Assembly: GCA_964016885.1 (NCBI GenBank)
Contig: OZ024750.1
Span: 47,058,001-47,122,000 of the forward strand
Origin: Eledone cirrhosa
Taxonomy: Eukaryota
Reading direction: 5' to 3'
DNA: 64,000 nt
This document shows, one piece after another, positions 32,728 through 46,697 of this stretch. Both the position numbers and the translations under genes were made by a program. Within the stretch, counting starts at the first letter, position 1. Each line of letters starts with the position of its first letter. Under the pieces are notes generated by a model. The model saw only the letters and a program-made list of their open reading frames with translations. It was not told the DNA's origin and did no database searches.

Positions 32728-32730
<3 letters not shown>
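31490..32730. mobile_element. Family I: tandem ~450-bp HHR monomers in two inverted blocks (non-LTR retrozyme-like)
   Basis: Minus block 31490-32147 has period 444 (GGTACAC at 31601 and 32045). Plus block 32150-32730 has period 452 (GCATGCTA at 32161 and 32613). Confidence 0.85.
32400..32442 (+). ncRNA. Minimal type I hammerhead ribozyme (family I)
   Basis: ACGGGG-CTGATGA-t-AGCT-aaga-AGCT-t-GAAA-CTAG-TA-CATCGT; palindromic CTAG loop III and GUA cleavage triplet. Confidence 0.83.
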
Positions 32731-32775
<45 letters not shown>

Positions 32776-35466
32776 TAAGTATATATGCTTATGCAAATGC
32801 AGATGCATACACAGTCCCATATTCATACACACAGGCCTTTGCATGCACATATGCGACGAAGATTTGTTAAATTTGTCTGTACACACGCACCTACATGTAT
32901 GGTACACATGCATGCACATATGTAAGTGCTACATTCAGACACCCATACAATAATCAGGGAAGGATATATGGTAAGGATATCGGCTAATGGGGAGTATTGT
33001 ATGTAATAAGTAATTTATGAAGTAAGTAGTGGTTCGTTGAATGTACAATGTAGGTAATAGGTTGATATGCTATGTGAGTGGTGGGAGAATGGGGTGTGTA
33101 TTAGGAGTCTCGTTATAGGCATTACATGGTAATTGTAGGTATTGGGGCAGCACTGTACGGTGGATATTAGTACAGGTACAGGTCACTGCGCGGGATTAAA
33201 TGCCGAGTGGTTCAGGTTCTGTGTACAACTTTCTGAAACTCCCCAGTATAATTGTGTGTGCTTGTGTGTATGCAGTATACATACACATACTACAAACACT
33301 TTAACAATGTCACCTACCAATTTAACGATTTATAATCCTTTATATTTTACTGATTTTTTTATCCTATTTACTAATTTATTTAACCATTTCCCATTTACTT
33401 TTATATAACCCATTTGTTATTGTTTATTCAGTTTTTTAATTTTAAAATATTTCCTCGACGATGACGATGACCTAAGAAGGAATTGAACTCTGTGCAAAGA
33501 AGGAATGCCTTAAAGCATTCCATCCAACTTATAAATTATTCTGTCTAAATGCGCTCCCAGAAATTAATTGATATTGAAGTACAATTATTTCTCCGACTTC
33601 ATTTCAATTTACTTTTTATGCCTATCTGTTTTAGACACCTAACACAGCGATTTTCAATAAAGAGATGAAAAAAAAATCCAATGAAGTTTCTTTCATTGCA
33701 ACTTTTATTTTTAAGGCCAGACTAAACATATCAACAGTCATTGTATAAACTACTATTGCCTCTATACATAACTTTATAACTTATAATTACATTTCAGTAC
33801 CATGGTATGTAAGAAGTTTCTGATCATAATAAAATGATATCAGACACACACAATCCCATTCGGTAGCATATACATGTTTCTATGTGTGTGTATGTAATGT
33901 TTATGCTCATTTCATTGAAACTGAAGGCAAAGTAAAGATATATTTGCGTCTATTTATTACTCTATAACATTGAAATGAATAGAATTTCATGAACAAACGA
34001 CACAAAGAAAAATAATTTTCAACGATAAAGCTAACTGAAAATATTTATAATTATCTAAATATAGAGGTATTCTTTTGGTTGAGAACATGAAAAGAACCCA
34101 GCTACGTAAACACACCATTTGGTAATATGTTTTTATCAATAGATAGATACGTCAAGAAGTAGAAATATAAAGATACAATAGATTTAATTCTTCAAAATAT
34201 AGTTTAACAGTCGAACTATCTTTTTAAAGTCATAAGAACTTCATAATAGAAATAATATCAAAGACGTAAAATACTAAGCTGAAAGGATGCTCTGGTATAC
34301 CGTTGAATATAAATGTTATATTTCAAAGGAATGTATTAAACGCTTGTATTTCAATTAACAAATTCACAGTGTTAACTGTGTGATAACCGGGGCCATATTC
34401 TTTTATCTTGAGATATTAAAAAAAAGAGAAATCGTATAGCGGTAAAAAAATATTAATGGTTATGTAAGTTCATATTGAATATCGAACGTGTGCATGTGTG
34501 GAAAATCTTTTATCTGTACCCTTCAATTCCGCCTTCTGTACGGCATCCCCATCATGAGAGCTGATACAATTAAATTCAATATTGATTTCTTACATAGAGA
34601 CAAGGTCGGAAAATATGTAGGAGGGAACATTCCATTATGCCGAACTCAACACGCAACTTTTATCGACCCACGAAGACAAAAAAAAATGTTTAAGGTAATG
34701 TCGCATGCATTTAAATGCAATATTCCGAGCCAGAACAAATATCGTGAAATATATTAAACCAAAATGTCAACAATTGTGACGATTCTATGTTTTATTATAT
34801 CTATATTATACCAATTATCAGATCACATGTATAATAACACGGAGAAAGCGAACTAACGATCGGGCGCCTATACGAAGGATTTTTCTACTATTTACAGCAA
34901 AAACACACCTTACTGATATTTTGTCTGATGCATGCTGTGACGACCCTGACAATCCATTAATAGTGCCTGAGATTATTTTTGTATTAACTAAGACAATATT
35001 CATTGAGTGGCATTGCTGTAAAATAATACAGATTCTGTGTTAAAATATTTTATCAGCTTTAACATTATTGAATTAAACAATTCAAAGTATGACTCTACGA
35101 TTCACAGCTTGATAGATTTGAAATGAATATGAACATTGCACATTGCTTGTGAATGTAATATTGCCAAAAGCTATAGATAAGTTTCGAAAAGTTCCTCTAA
35201 AAGCGATAAGTCGCTTTAATTTTAATAATACTATTCAGAAAATAATGAAAGCACAGTAGGTTTCCTAATCAAAATATCTGCCTGTAGCACAAGTGACATA
35301 ACGGCTTCTAATGTTGACATAAGGTTACCTACCCGGTGGAGTTCACTTAACTAATATATATATATATCTACATATATATATGTATATATACGTATATATA
35401 TATATATGTGTATACATATATATATATATATATATATACGTATATATATATATATGTATATATACA

Positions 35467-35503
<37 letters not shown>

Positions 35504-35523
35504 AGAGAGAGTGAGAGAAAGAA

Positions 35524-35670
<147 letters not shown>

Positions 35671-35705
35671 TAGAGATAGATAGAGAGAGAGAGAGTAACA
35701 AAGTG

Positions 35706-35979
35706 AAGGTGCATGGCTTAGTGGTTAGAGCATTAGGCTTGAATCGAAAGGATTTGAGTTCAATTTTCGGACCGGGGGATGTGTTGTTTCCTTGAGGAAG
35801 ACACTTTATTTCACGTTGCTCCAGTTTACTCAGCTGAAAATGAGTACCAGCAATAGCTGGAGGTTTAACCCTCCGATGGACTGGCGTCCTGTCCAGGGGG
35901 TAGTCTTGTACTCTCAGTCGCTTCACGCCATGAAACCGAGATAAGCACCGGCCAAATGAGCCTCTGGCTTAAGACAAAC
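35706..35979 (+). mobile_element. Second tRNA-derived SINE family (CORE-like)
   Basis: A box TGGCTTAGTGG, B-box-like GAGTTCAATT; the body matches 29390-29662. Confidence 0.83.
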
Positions 35980-36359
35980 ATTAGACTTTTAGGTATAGTA
36001 ATAATAATACATTTGAAGACTAAAATCGAAAGAGGGCTTGATAATGATAACTCCAAGAGACTGGAGATTCAAATAGCTATGAGAGTATGGGACTCGAAGG
36101 AACCCAACAGGAAGAGGAAGGATTGAATATCCGAGATAATGCGAGAGACGATATTAATGTTGTTGAACTGAACGACATATCAGAAATATACAGAAAAATA
36201 TATTGGAGATTAAAGGAAAATATATGAAAATGCAAAACTGAAGTGGTTATATTTGTGTAGGTGTCTCTGCGTACATCCAATATATCAGATTCAGGGTGTC
36301 ATATAACGACATTCTGCATAGACATGTTTAGTCATATTTATGGTTGTGAGTTTAGTAGC

Positions 36360-36725
36360 ACAGTAGGTGCACCGCATCATGCAGGTGAGAAAAATATAAA
36401 ATCACTAAACTATTCCTGAAATCGATATGAAGGTGCCTTAATGATCATGTGAAATTATTCATCTTTCCTCTCAGGAATCAGATTGACGTTGTGTTGCAGA
36501 CATCCTCCAAAGAATTTTCTCTGAGTATTTGTCCTCTGCGACCTCTGATTATTTGAACATGGATAGCGAAATATTTGGGGGATGACTGAATCTTAAGGGC
36601 CAGTTCCTTGATGCGTGGAAATATTCCTCGAATTTACCTGTTCTTCAGCCATCTTAATAGTGATATAGGAACTTTCTTGATGAATTTTCATTATTCCACA
36701 CTTGCACGATGCGGTGTACCGTCGG
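36360..36725. repeat. Old diverged inverted-repeat element
   Basis: GGTGCACCGCATCATGCAGGTG (36366) versus CACTTGCACGATGCGGTGTACC (36699); internal complementarity is weak. Confidence 0.55.
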
Positions 36726-38484
36726 TTACTTCAATCTATGTTAGTGTATATTGCATACACCTATATTTTTAATGTATACTGTCTAATTATACTCCTCTCT
36801 CAGAGCTTGTATCAAAATAAATGTATATATTTTACTAGAGAATTAACAATTTGTATTATATTGCAACATTATTGAACAAAAAAATGAAATATCATTAAGT
36901 ATGCCACGGATCGTTCGATTTAATTGTATTTGTAGAGAAGCCATGTCTCTCAACTTTATGTGCTCTCCAATTAATAACATATTTTCTTTCGTGCGTGACA
37001 AATGGCACCTGAATCTTCTTATCACCAATAGATGATGTGAAATCGCACCAGAATTTCATTCACACCAATAGATGAGAGATAATTAAAATCTAAGTATGTT
37101 ATTTCACGAAAAAGAATTCATAATTGTTTATGAAATACCGTTGTTCACTGGTTTTCTTGATTGCAGAAAACTTAGGGCTCAAAAACGAAATCAATAACAA
37201 TTAGGTTATTATATTACACATGTTTAGTTTCATATTCGTTTGTATATAGAGTGGAAATATAAGAATATAGTAGCTTTGACATCTGGGCATTGTACCTTTT
37301 AGATCATTTAAATTGTCTCTAATCAAGTGATGGTTTATAAATTCTCCGGAGCATGCATAATTCTTGGTTGTGTCATTAGTTACATCCTTAATGAATTCAG
37401 AGTTAGGCAGACTGATAGAAGGAATTGGGAGTTTCTTTGATCTTATGGTTACAGGCCAGGTTTGAATAGTCTCTTTGCATTACATCAATATATTTATCCA
37501 TTTCCACATGACTTGGTTGACGCTCCCCTACTTTATTTATACGTAGATTCTCCACTACAAATGCTTCCTGGATATCAATCTATGCTACAATTATTCATTT
37601 TCCTTATTCTTATCTTCCCTAATTGCCTTTTGTAACAGTATTTACTCATTATAAACATATATCACTGTCTATCTTTCGTTGCTCCAACAATATCTAAGAA
37701 CTTTCCAGGTCGTCTAATCAAACCCCGCGGCTTATTGGTTTCAAACGACGTGTGTCGTTAGACAAATCTAAGGAAATGAAAAGTCTTTTTTTTTCCTGTT
37801 ATTACGTGTGTTAGCAAGATACACATTTAAACACAGCTTTGATATACAAAGTCCAAATCAGATTAAAGATAAAGCTAGTGAGGCATATGCAGCGGACAAA
37901 ACCCGTTCATAGAGCCAAATAAAATATTTCAACCTCTAACGCGAGACGCTAGACATTGCAGACATCCATCCATCTCATTCTAGAGACTACAATAAGATAC
38001 GTTTGACAATATTACTCTACATAACCAAAATTGGAGATGTTGCTGTATGAAATATTTTGAAATGCTTTCATTTTAAATCCTAGACGGAAAATTCAACAAG
38101 TATTTAATGTTAGCACTATTGATTCTTGCGCCGAATTTATAATTTGTATATTCCCTAATAAACAGTCCATTTATAATATAGAATATTGTTTTTTGATATG
38201 AAAGATGTATCACATTTCGAATTAAAATGAAAGTCAAAACATAGCCTCAAGGTTGTTATTGTTTTGAACGAATATTCCATATTATGAAAAATATATATAT
38301 TCTTTTAAATATTTACATTTTGTGACACATTAACGCTGCAAAAAGAAAAACGAAATATTTTCATTTTATAAAAGCTTCTATATGCAGGTAATATGAACAT
38401 TTCATTGTAACAGTCTAATAAAATGTTATGTTTTTCTAATTATTCATATACACATATATACCCCTAAAATTGAATCATGTGTGC

Positions 38485-38551
<67 letters not shown>

Positions 38552-38554
<3 letters not shown>

Positions 38555-38861
38555 CGTTTCTGAATGTGTTTAGCAAGATTCTTTATCTGAAAACGTGTGT
38601 TGAAACCGATAATGTTATACTGTGGGAGGGTCATGTTGCCAATAAGAAACACACGCACCACTGCTTTCACTCCAATTTATAATAAATTAAAACATTTTTT
38701 TTTTATTAAAAAAAAAAAAAATTATAAATTTCTGGTTGGTTGGAACCAACCAACCAACCGGAAAATTATAAATTATTTTTGAAAAATTTACAATAAATTG
38801 GAGTAAAAGCAACTGGTGTCTTTGTTTCTTATCGGCAACATGACCCTCCCAAAGTGTAACA

Positions 38862-38862
<1 letters not shown>
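38552..38862 (-). mobile_element. Family B asymmetric fold-back
   Basis: Tail 38552-38610, arms ~38611-38743 and 38746-38862; same termini as 6271-6416. Confidence 0.85.
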
Positions 38863-38945
<83 letters not shown>

Positions 38946-39599
38946 GTGTATATATATATATATATATACATACATATATACATATACATATATATATATA
39001 TATTGTATTCTCTTTTTTCCCTTTCTGCATCTCTCTCTCTCTCTCTCTCTCACTCATTCCTTACTTTAAGATCCCTAGCTTTCTAATATACTGCCTAATA
39101 TGCAGACAGATTTACAGGTAATGGATGCAACATTTTTCAACATGCATCTTGACATTCTCCGCAGGATATAGCTATATCGCAGAAAGAAATACAAAGAGTC
39201 GTGGCGGCATGAATGTCTCTTATTCTATAATGGTCGATAAGAACGTAGTAAACATATTATTCTCCTCTCTTTGTATGACATATGCTCACTGGCTAGACAG
39301 ACAAATCCAGATTGGTGACTAAAGCGTCATTTGTAACATTATCTATTGCTTCTAGGCCTGTATATATCCGTTGGTGATTGGAGGGTTAATTCCGAACAAC
39401 ATGCTAAGGTTTACTTGCCAGGAGACATGTTGGGTTGTATTCCATTTTACATCAATGGAGATGATGAGATGTACTGGCGTATATTTTGCGCATACGAATA
39501 AATGAAAAGCAATGGTTTCTAGTTTGGATATGACGTCTAGTTTAGATATGGGGAAGTGGATGATGTCATAGTTGGAAAAGTTAGACTCATTCCATGATC

Positions 39600-40395
39600 T
39601 TCGCCACTCTTCCTTCCTTCACATAACATGTATTGCCTTGAAGGGTCTTCAATGACAACCATAATGTTTTGTCTGATTTCAATCGTATGTTTGGAAGGTT
39701 AACCAGGTGTTCCTGGGAGGCTGAGTCGGTCTTCATAAGAAAATCTACCTCTGGGATCATCTGCCGCTGCATGTAGGAATGAGCAATAAGAGAAATGGTA
39801 GGCAGCTTCAGTGAATGTGTAGACATCACGGTGCCAGATTGTCTATTCAATGCCAAATTGTCGATGGTGATAACATGCTTGACAAGGCAGCCCCCTTCCC
39901 AGACTAGTGATAAGATCTCTGCAACTGAGTAGGCAAATGGTCCGCACGCCGTTAGATGTAAGTGTGTGTGCATCAGACCACAAGTACTTTCCTGCTAACT
40001 GCGGACGAATTTAATCCTGGTCTCGAGCTTTCCGACAACCCTCTTTTGGTTTTATCGGTTGGTCTAGATGCGATCAAGTGTTAAACAAATATATATGTGG
40101 TCTGCTTCATTCTTGACCATTCTAGCACAGGAGGAAACAAAAGTGTTCTGCCCCAGCTTCTCTGATTCTGTGATATAAGGCGGTCACACTGGTAATGATT
40201 GGGTTGGGCCGAAGTGGCCAGTAGTAGTATGTTTCACCCATCCTCTTCTGGTTTACAGTCAGTGTAAAGTTAAGTAGGTCAATATCATTAGATTTAGTAT
40301 CCAAGGCAAGGTCATCTGTGTAAGAAAATTTGCTCAAAGTTGTTCAGGCATTATCGCACAGGTAGATGTCAAAGACAATTGATGCTAGGTTGGAT
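39600..40395 (-). pseudogene. Decayed non-LTR retrotransposon RT (Ingi/Vingi-like, I group)
   Basis: KFSYTDDLAL (YADD motif), YWPLRPNPIITS, then SGTVMSTHSLKLPTISLIAH and LPNIRLKS in broken frames. Clade assigned from memory. Confidence 0.68.
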
Positions 40396-40707
40396 TCTTA
40401 TATATATATATCTATATATATATGAATCAGATTACGGAGTTATTTCGTAAGCGAAACTATTGTCTTCAAAACTGCATTTATTCAGTTCTTTTACACTTGT
40501 ACAAAATACCAGATTAATTACTACATGTATTTATTCATTGGTTTATGATCCTTAGCTTGAACTTAAACCAACGTATAGTTTTACTTCCATTAACTTGTTT
40601 TTATCTGCTTGATACATCACAGCAGACACTACTCTTTTAGATGGGCAATCATCACTTTATATTGATTTATTTTCACATATACTCTTGTAGGTACCCTCAC
40701 CTCCGTA

Positions 40708-40772
<65 letters not shown>

Positions 40773-41240
40773 ACTTGAACTACCTATTTATTTACATAAA
40801 ACACTATAAACAACTAATAATTGTAAATTATCTATATCCCTTTAATACTAATACATATGCAATTATTGATATATACATATATTTATATATATAACCTACT
40901 ACAATGTTGTAATAAGATAAATACTTACACACATAACTCACCATATATGTATATACATAATATAGGTAAATATTCAAATTTTTCCCCAAAATTAACGTAA
41001 ATAAATCTTTTCTTTTTTCTTTTTCTTCCTTTTCTTTCTTTCCTACACATAAAAACATATCTAAATTACCCATAGCGTCTAAAATAACGTTTTTTTCAAA
41101 CATATACCCCAACTTCATTTACATATTCATTTGCATACTCATCCTAACAATTTTGAAAAAATCTGTCTTTGAGTCCACAATCCAAGGAAAACTTCAACCG
41201 TTAAAGTATGTTCCTTGGCTATGTCAAAATTTATAAAGCG

Positions 41241-41355
41241 CACTTTGTATTTTATGTGATGAAAGCGTACCAAAGTTTTTGGTACCCTTGAAATATATAT
41301 AATAGAATAAATATAGTTTTATAAATATAGTTTCCTTTTACTTAATATCATTGTA
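41241..41355 (+). mobile_element. Family A2 solo arm with mutated HHR core (GTGATGA)
   Basis: CACTTTGTATTTTATGTGATGAAAGCGTACCAA..TTGGTACCCTTGAAATATATATAATAG; ends at the same AATATCATTG(TA)n point as 19436. Confidence 0.8.
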
Positions 41356-42461
41356 TATATATATATGTATAAACTTAGTAATTTTAACAAAATGAGGAAA
41401 AAACAACGAAAGAGAGCATGGTAAAAGGAATAACAATTTTAAAAATATTTAAAAAATAAAAATACAAACGAAAGACACGCAACTCCAGCAAGAGTCATCA
41501 TCCATTGAGATGGAATTTGGCAGTTTCCACCTTTACCAACGCTATTGCTGGTCAACCTGGAATTACAGCGTCTGACACAAGCCTAGGCGCTGAGCTATAG
41601 CGTAGGAGACAAGACAATTCATTAACTCATAGTAAGTAAGCTATAACAAGCATACATGGAATTTATGTGACCTCAGGGTGGACAGTATTGTCATTTTTAT
41701 AGCACGAAAGTCTCATGAATGAAAGAAAAGAAAAAGAAGGAAGGAAAATGAAAAGGAAAAGGAAGAAAAAAGGGCAAGAAGAAGAAAGTAAGATATCGTG
41801 TTAGCGTATGTAAGCCATCTTTTAGTATATGAAGCCCTTCTGTATTTGTCCGTTACAGGAGATGACAGAGACGGGAAAGGGTGATTACGGTGATTGATGA
41901 AGGACGGAGTGATAACTTAGACCAAGGGAAGAATGACTGGCAGCGTCTAATCTTAGTTAAACCCACTTGTGTGTGTCTATATGTATAGCGAATTGACTAC
42001 ACACATTGGCTGTTATGATTATATGTGTGTTTGTGTGTGTGTGTATGAGTCTTTGTGTAAAGTGTGTGTTTCAGTGTGTTTCTGTTTTAGAAAGATACAT
42101 AGACAATAGTATTAGAAACACAGGCCCATATACACATATATATATAAATAAACAGACAGAGGTAGAACAAATACTTATTAGATAAAACACATCTATGTGA
42201 TGACTGAGAAAAGAAGGGGTTGAGAAATTATAGAGGTCAAGCGTTCTAAGATTCGTCACACTTGTATGTGTGTATGAGTAGCGATTTGACTGTGAGTTTG
42301 TATGTATATATGGGTTGTGTGAGAGAGCGCGAAGGAACCAACCAACAAATAAATACCTATTTTTTATATGACGTATACTTATTACAATTCCCCGTTATTC
42401 TTGATTGCCCGAGGCCAGCTAGTATCTATCTATCTATCTATCTATCTGTCCATCTATCTTT

Positions 42462-43618
42462 CAAGTTCCCCTGGAAGAAACAGGCTCCATTGGTGAGGAG
42501 ATCAATCTGCTGTCAACACACTCCTAACAGAGCGCTGGGCATGCCGTGGCTGATGATGCGCAAACACGTGCTGAGGCTACGCCATCTACAGTTATTCTTG
42601 ACCGGTGAACCGGTGTGGCTGTCGTTTATGAGACAAGCTCTTCCACAACTCGTCTCACTAACAGAGCTACAATCCTGGGTCAAGCGAAGATCGAAAATGG
42701 GTGTCTGGCACAACGAGTACCTACAGGCGCTCACAGCCCTCTACCAAGCGGAAACGGCAATCAGCGGAGACTCCACTTCGACATGCTAGAGAGGATTAGT
42801 GGAGGATACGTGCGACGACGATCCCGGGGAAACTCTAGGCATCGAGGAGGACGAACTGACCAGTATTGCAGTCTGGTAGTGCTACCGAGGAGCTGTACGA
42901 GTTCGAGACAAAATCTACAGGCACGGACGCCCTGGCAGAGATCCTACCAAAAGACCTGTCCAAGATGCGTGCAGGACATCGAAACCGTTCTGCACGCAAT
43001 TGTTCAGTGCCCAGGGGTCACCGACCTGTGGAATTATGTCTCACAACTACTGTCACGTGTGGGACGCATCCATTTGTCAGCCGAGTCAATCTTTAGGATC
43101 ACCCCTCCGCCTTCATTTAAGAACGAAGGAGAGGCGGTTTTCCTCTGTCTGGTGGCTATGGCGAAAGAGGTAATATGGTGGACTGAGGGCAAACACCTTT
43201 CTCTCCGGACAACAATTTATCCCCTTCTTTAAGCATCACTTCGGAAGGAAGGTGAGAGGGGAGAGAGGTGCTACACCCCAGTAAATTCGCTGAAAGGTGG
43301 GTGAAAGGTGGGTGAATGTGGCGAAAATGGCCCGAGTAAATGGGCCTTCTCTGTATATAAACCTTTAGGTTGAGCAAGATAAACAGAGTGAAGACGGGAA
43401 CACATACAAAATGTGTTCCTGGTGTTGAGGGGTGTTCTATCCACGGGGTGTAAAACAACCCTGCAGTAATGTTCCCCCCTATTGTGGATTTCAATTGTTA
43501 TTTTATTATATATAGTTTATGGTTATTTATTAATGTTAAAGTTATTTTTATGTAAAACCCCGCCGTCACGTCTTGTAATGTTCCTTTTGTGTATGCCCCT
43601 GTGGCAAATATAGAAAAA
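42462..43618 (+). mobile_element. 5'-truncated L1/Tx1-clade LINE (zinc-knuckle C-terminus and 3' UTR)
   Basis: CPRCVQDIETVLHAIVQCPGVTDLW = C-x2-C-x8-H-x4-C (zf-RVT), followed by AKEVIWW. Frameshifted; (TATC)n on both flanks. Confidence 0.82.
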
Positions 43619-43967
43619 ATATCTATCTATCTCTCTCCATATTATATGTATATATGTCTATATATACATAGAATGAAAGCCTCATTCTTGCTCTTGTGAG
43701 GGCATGTAAACTTAGCATATATTTTCACTAGCTCTGACGGTTTGTCAGATGAACAGTGAGCTGTACTGTTGAAGGGTGATACCCAGAACCATAAGTGTCT
43801 GCAGTTCTGTTTACATACTAACACAAGAGCAATAATGAGGGGCTCATTCTGCTGGCATAGCTTTAAAAATTAGGCTTGTTTGCATAATTGCATACGAATG
43901 GAATGATATTATTAATATTCGAAAAACTCAGATTACATTTATTGTATTCAGCCATGTACAGCGAAAA

Positions 43968-44010
<43 letters not shown>

Positions 44011-44299
44011 CGAAGAGATTACTTTGGTAAAAATGTGAACAAGCAGGAGAAAGTTAGCAATATTCGTAGTTTGGAGTTACTATGGAATTTCAGTATAATA
44101 ATTACATTAATAAAGATGCTGATGTTACATGAATCGTTTATTTATTATAATTATTTCAACGGTTCTCCCATGCAATCAATATGTAATACATGCATTTGTT
44201 TTTGTTGTGAGAACGGTATACTCAAACAAAATTCGATTTAGTGATATGCAACTGGCAGGAAAAAAACACACGTTATTTTGCTCGTGCGTCTAACAACAA

Positions 44300-45145
44300 C
44301 TGCTTCGGGCTCACCCCCATTAACATCCACCAGTTGACAACACTTAATTCAATTTTCTCTACCATACATACCGGCAGACCTCATGGCTACCCATGGTGTC
44401 AAACCTGTCGAGTGTGCTCGTGATCTCGTATATGGACAGCCTTGAAAGCAAGGCACACTCCACCTGCCACCCCAACGCTGTCGCATTCTTCTCAAGATAC
44501 GTGGACGACATCCTCATTCTCACATCTTCCCAGATGTCGAACGGGATTACGAGACGTTCGGCATCACATACGAGAGTATTGGCTTCAGTATTGAACACCC
44601 CATCGACGACGGATCCTTTTCCCTGCTCTACTACCGAATCAACATTACGGAACAGGGAGGGATCAACACCAAGTTCTACCGCAAGGCGTCCTGCAGGGAC
44701 TTGTTCATGCACTACAAATCTGCCCCTCCTAACAATGCTAACATCCAATTGGCCCATTCGGGGCCCTCCCTACGGAGATGCCTTTCCATGAACCAGAGAA
44801 ATTGGTTGACGCGTGTTCCGCCTACAACTATCCGATGCGCTAGACGAACTGTTGCTTACGCATGTAGGTCGTACACAAGATAGAGCGTGGCAAGTGTAAT
44901 GAACTCTACATCGGTAGCACCACCCGGCCACTATATGTCCGGATCAAAAAACACGTCAACACTAGGGCCTTGTCTTTTCGGAAACATATAATTAAATGTG
45001 GAAACAGAGAATGCCCATTGTCACAGTGTTAGCGAAGGAACGCAACGTCGGCACGTTAAGGATCAACGAGGCACTCTGGTTGAAAATCCTCGTTCCACAA
45101 ATGAATAATCGATCTGAGAGAAGTGAGACGAGATGGTTAGTGTAA
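44300..45145 (+). pseudogene. Decayed canonical Penelope-like element (RT + GIY-YIG)
   Basis: PMVSNLSSVLVISYMDSLE..FSRYVDDILIL (RT), KFYRKAS..LFMHYKS (thumb) and CGKCNELYIGSTTRPLYVRIKKH (GIY-YIG), across frameshifts. Confidence 0.85.
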
Positions 45146-45671
45146 ATAAATCGAATAACAACAACACACACACACGGTAGAAATCATGCGATTGTTATTG
45201 TGTGTATATCGTGCCACCACCCACTGACCGACAGACGACACGCAGGCAGACTACCAACACCATGCCTGCCAGTATCACAGACCGAACGTAAGGACAGCGA
45301 AGATGCGTACGCATTGACACATCACCCTCCCACTACTTTAGTATAGAAGAACAACCTCGACATTTGTCTGACCGCAGCTATTCCGCGCGCAAACGCACCC
45401 GACAGAGTAGTTCAGTCGTACGCAGGAGCAAAACAACAGAGGCCAGGTGTAGTCGCTCTCTGACAAAAATGTTACCCTCCGAAAACGGTTGATGAATGCG
45501 AAATCCGAAATAAAGGGACAATTAAATCAATTCCAAGGTAAATCTATCTCGTGTTATTGTGTTTACACTTTTCCTACGTTCCTCTACGCCCTATACGTCC
45601 CTTTCTACATTTCCTCTTAGATCTCTCTTTCTCTCTCATTACCACCTGATTTAAGCAAAATTCAACAGTTT

Positions 45672-45754
<83 letters not shown>

Positions 45755-46519
45755 GTGTGTGTCTCAAGTAATATTTTTCTAAATGTATATTTGAATGCCG
45801 TAAACCATTAGCTACTCAAGATTTATGTAGTCTTAAAATACATAATTTTCTAATTAAATGAGTTTGAACTTAGAGTAATATTTTAAACTAGACCTGAAGT
45901 ATTTTACTGCTGTATTTTACTGTGTACTTGCTTCAAAATTTAGTTAGATGATCGGATTACACTTCATCCTCCGTATTCTTATAATATTATTTTTAATTAT
46001 CTACCTAACTTAAATGAGAGAGAGTAATTATATATTTATATAAATATATATAATTTATTCTGGAAAATCAGAAGTTAGTTTGAGAGAGAGAGAGAGAGAC
46101 ATTGAGCTCTTACCTGGTTGTTACGCAGGTGAATGTTGGAATTACTTTCAGTATAGGTGGTAGCGACAAATGTGGATGTATAGCAACATATAGACTCTGG
46201 TAGCCAGCCAGGCAAGTGTCACAGCTGAAGCCATGGAAAATAGCATGGCGGATGAGCAAATACGATGAAAGAATAAGCCACTGACCAAGAGCCAGAATTA
46301 CATTATGTTAGATGAGATGACATCTTTGAAGTCAAAGGCCTGAATCTCCATGTTTCAGAAGTTTACTACTGTTAACCCTCATTAATGTTGGGGACACGGA
46401 CGTTAGTAAACACCCAAAATGTAGAGTCAACATCGCTATATACACCATTAATTGAGCTTTTAAAATGGTGGAGCCCTTCAATCCAGGTCAGATCGGAATC
46501 GTTTTATCCACTTAGGAAC

Positions 46520-46697
<178 letters not shown>

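Noticed and set aside
34914-35015. Minus-strand segment with good splice signals and an open frame (QCHSMNIV..DKIS)
   Set aside because: No convincing similarity to the expected next iGluR exons; needs RNA-seq.
46114-46225. Minus-strand AG..GTAAG candidate exon
   Set aside because: The open frame has no recognisable homology.
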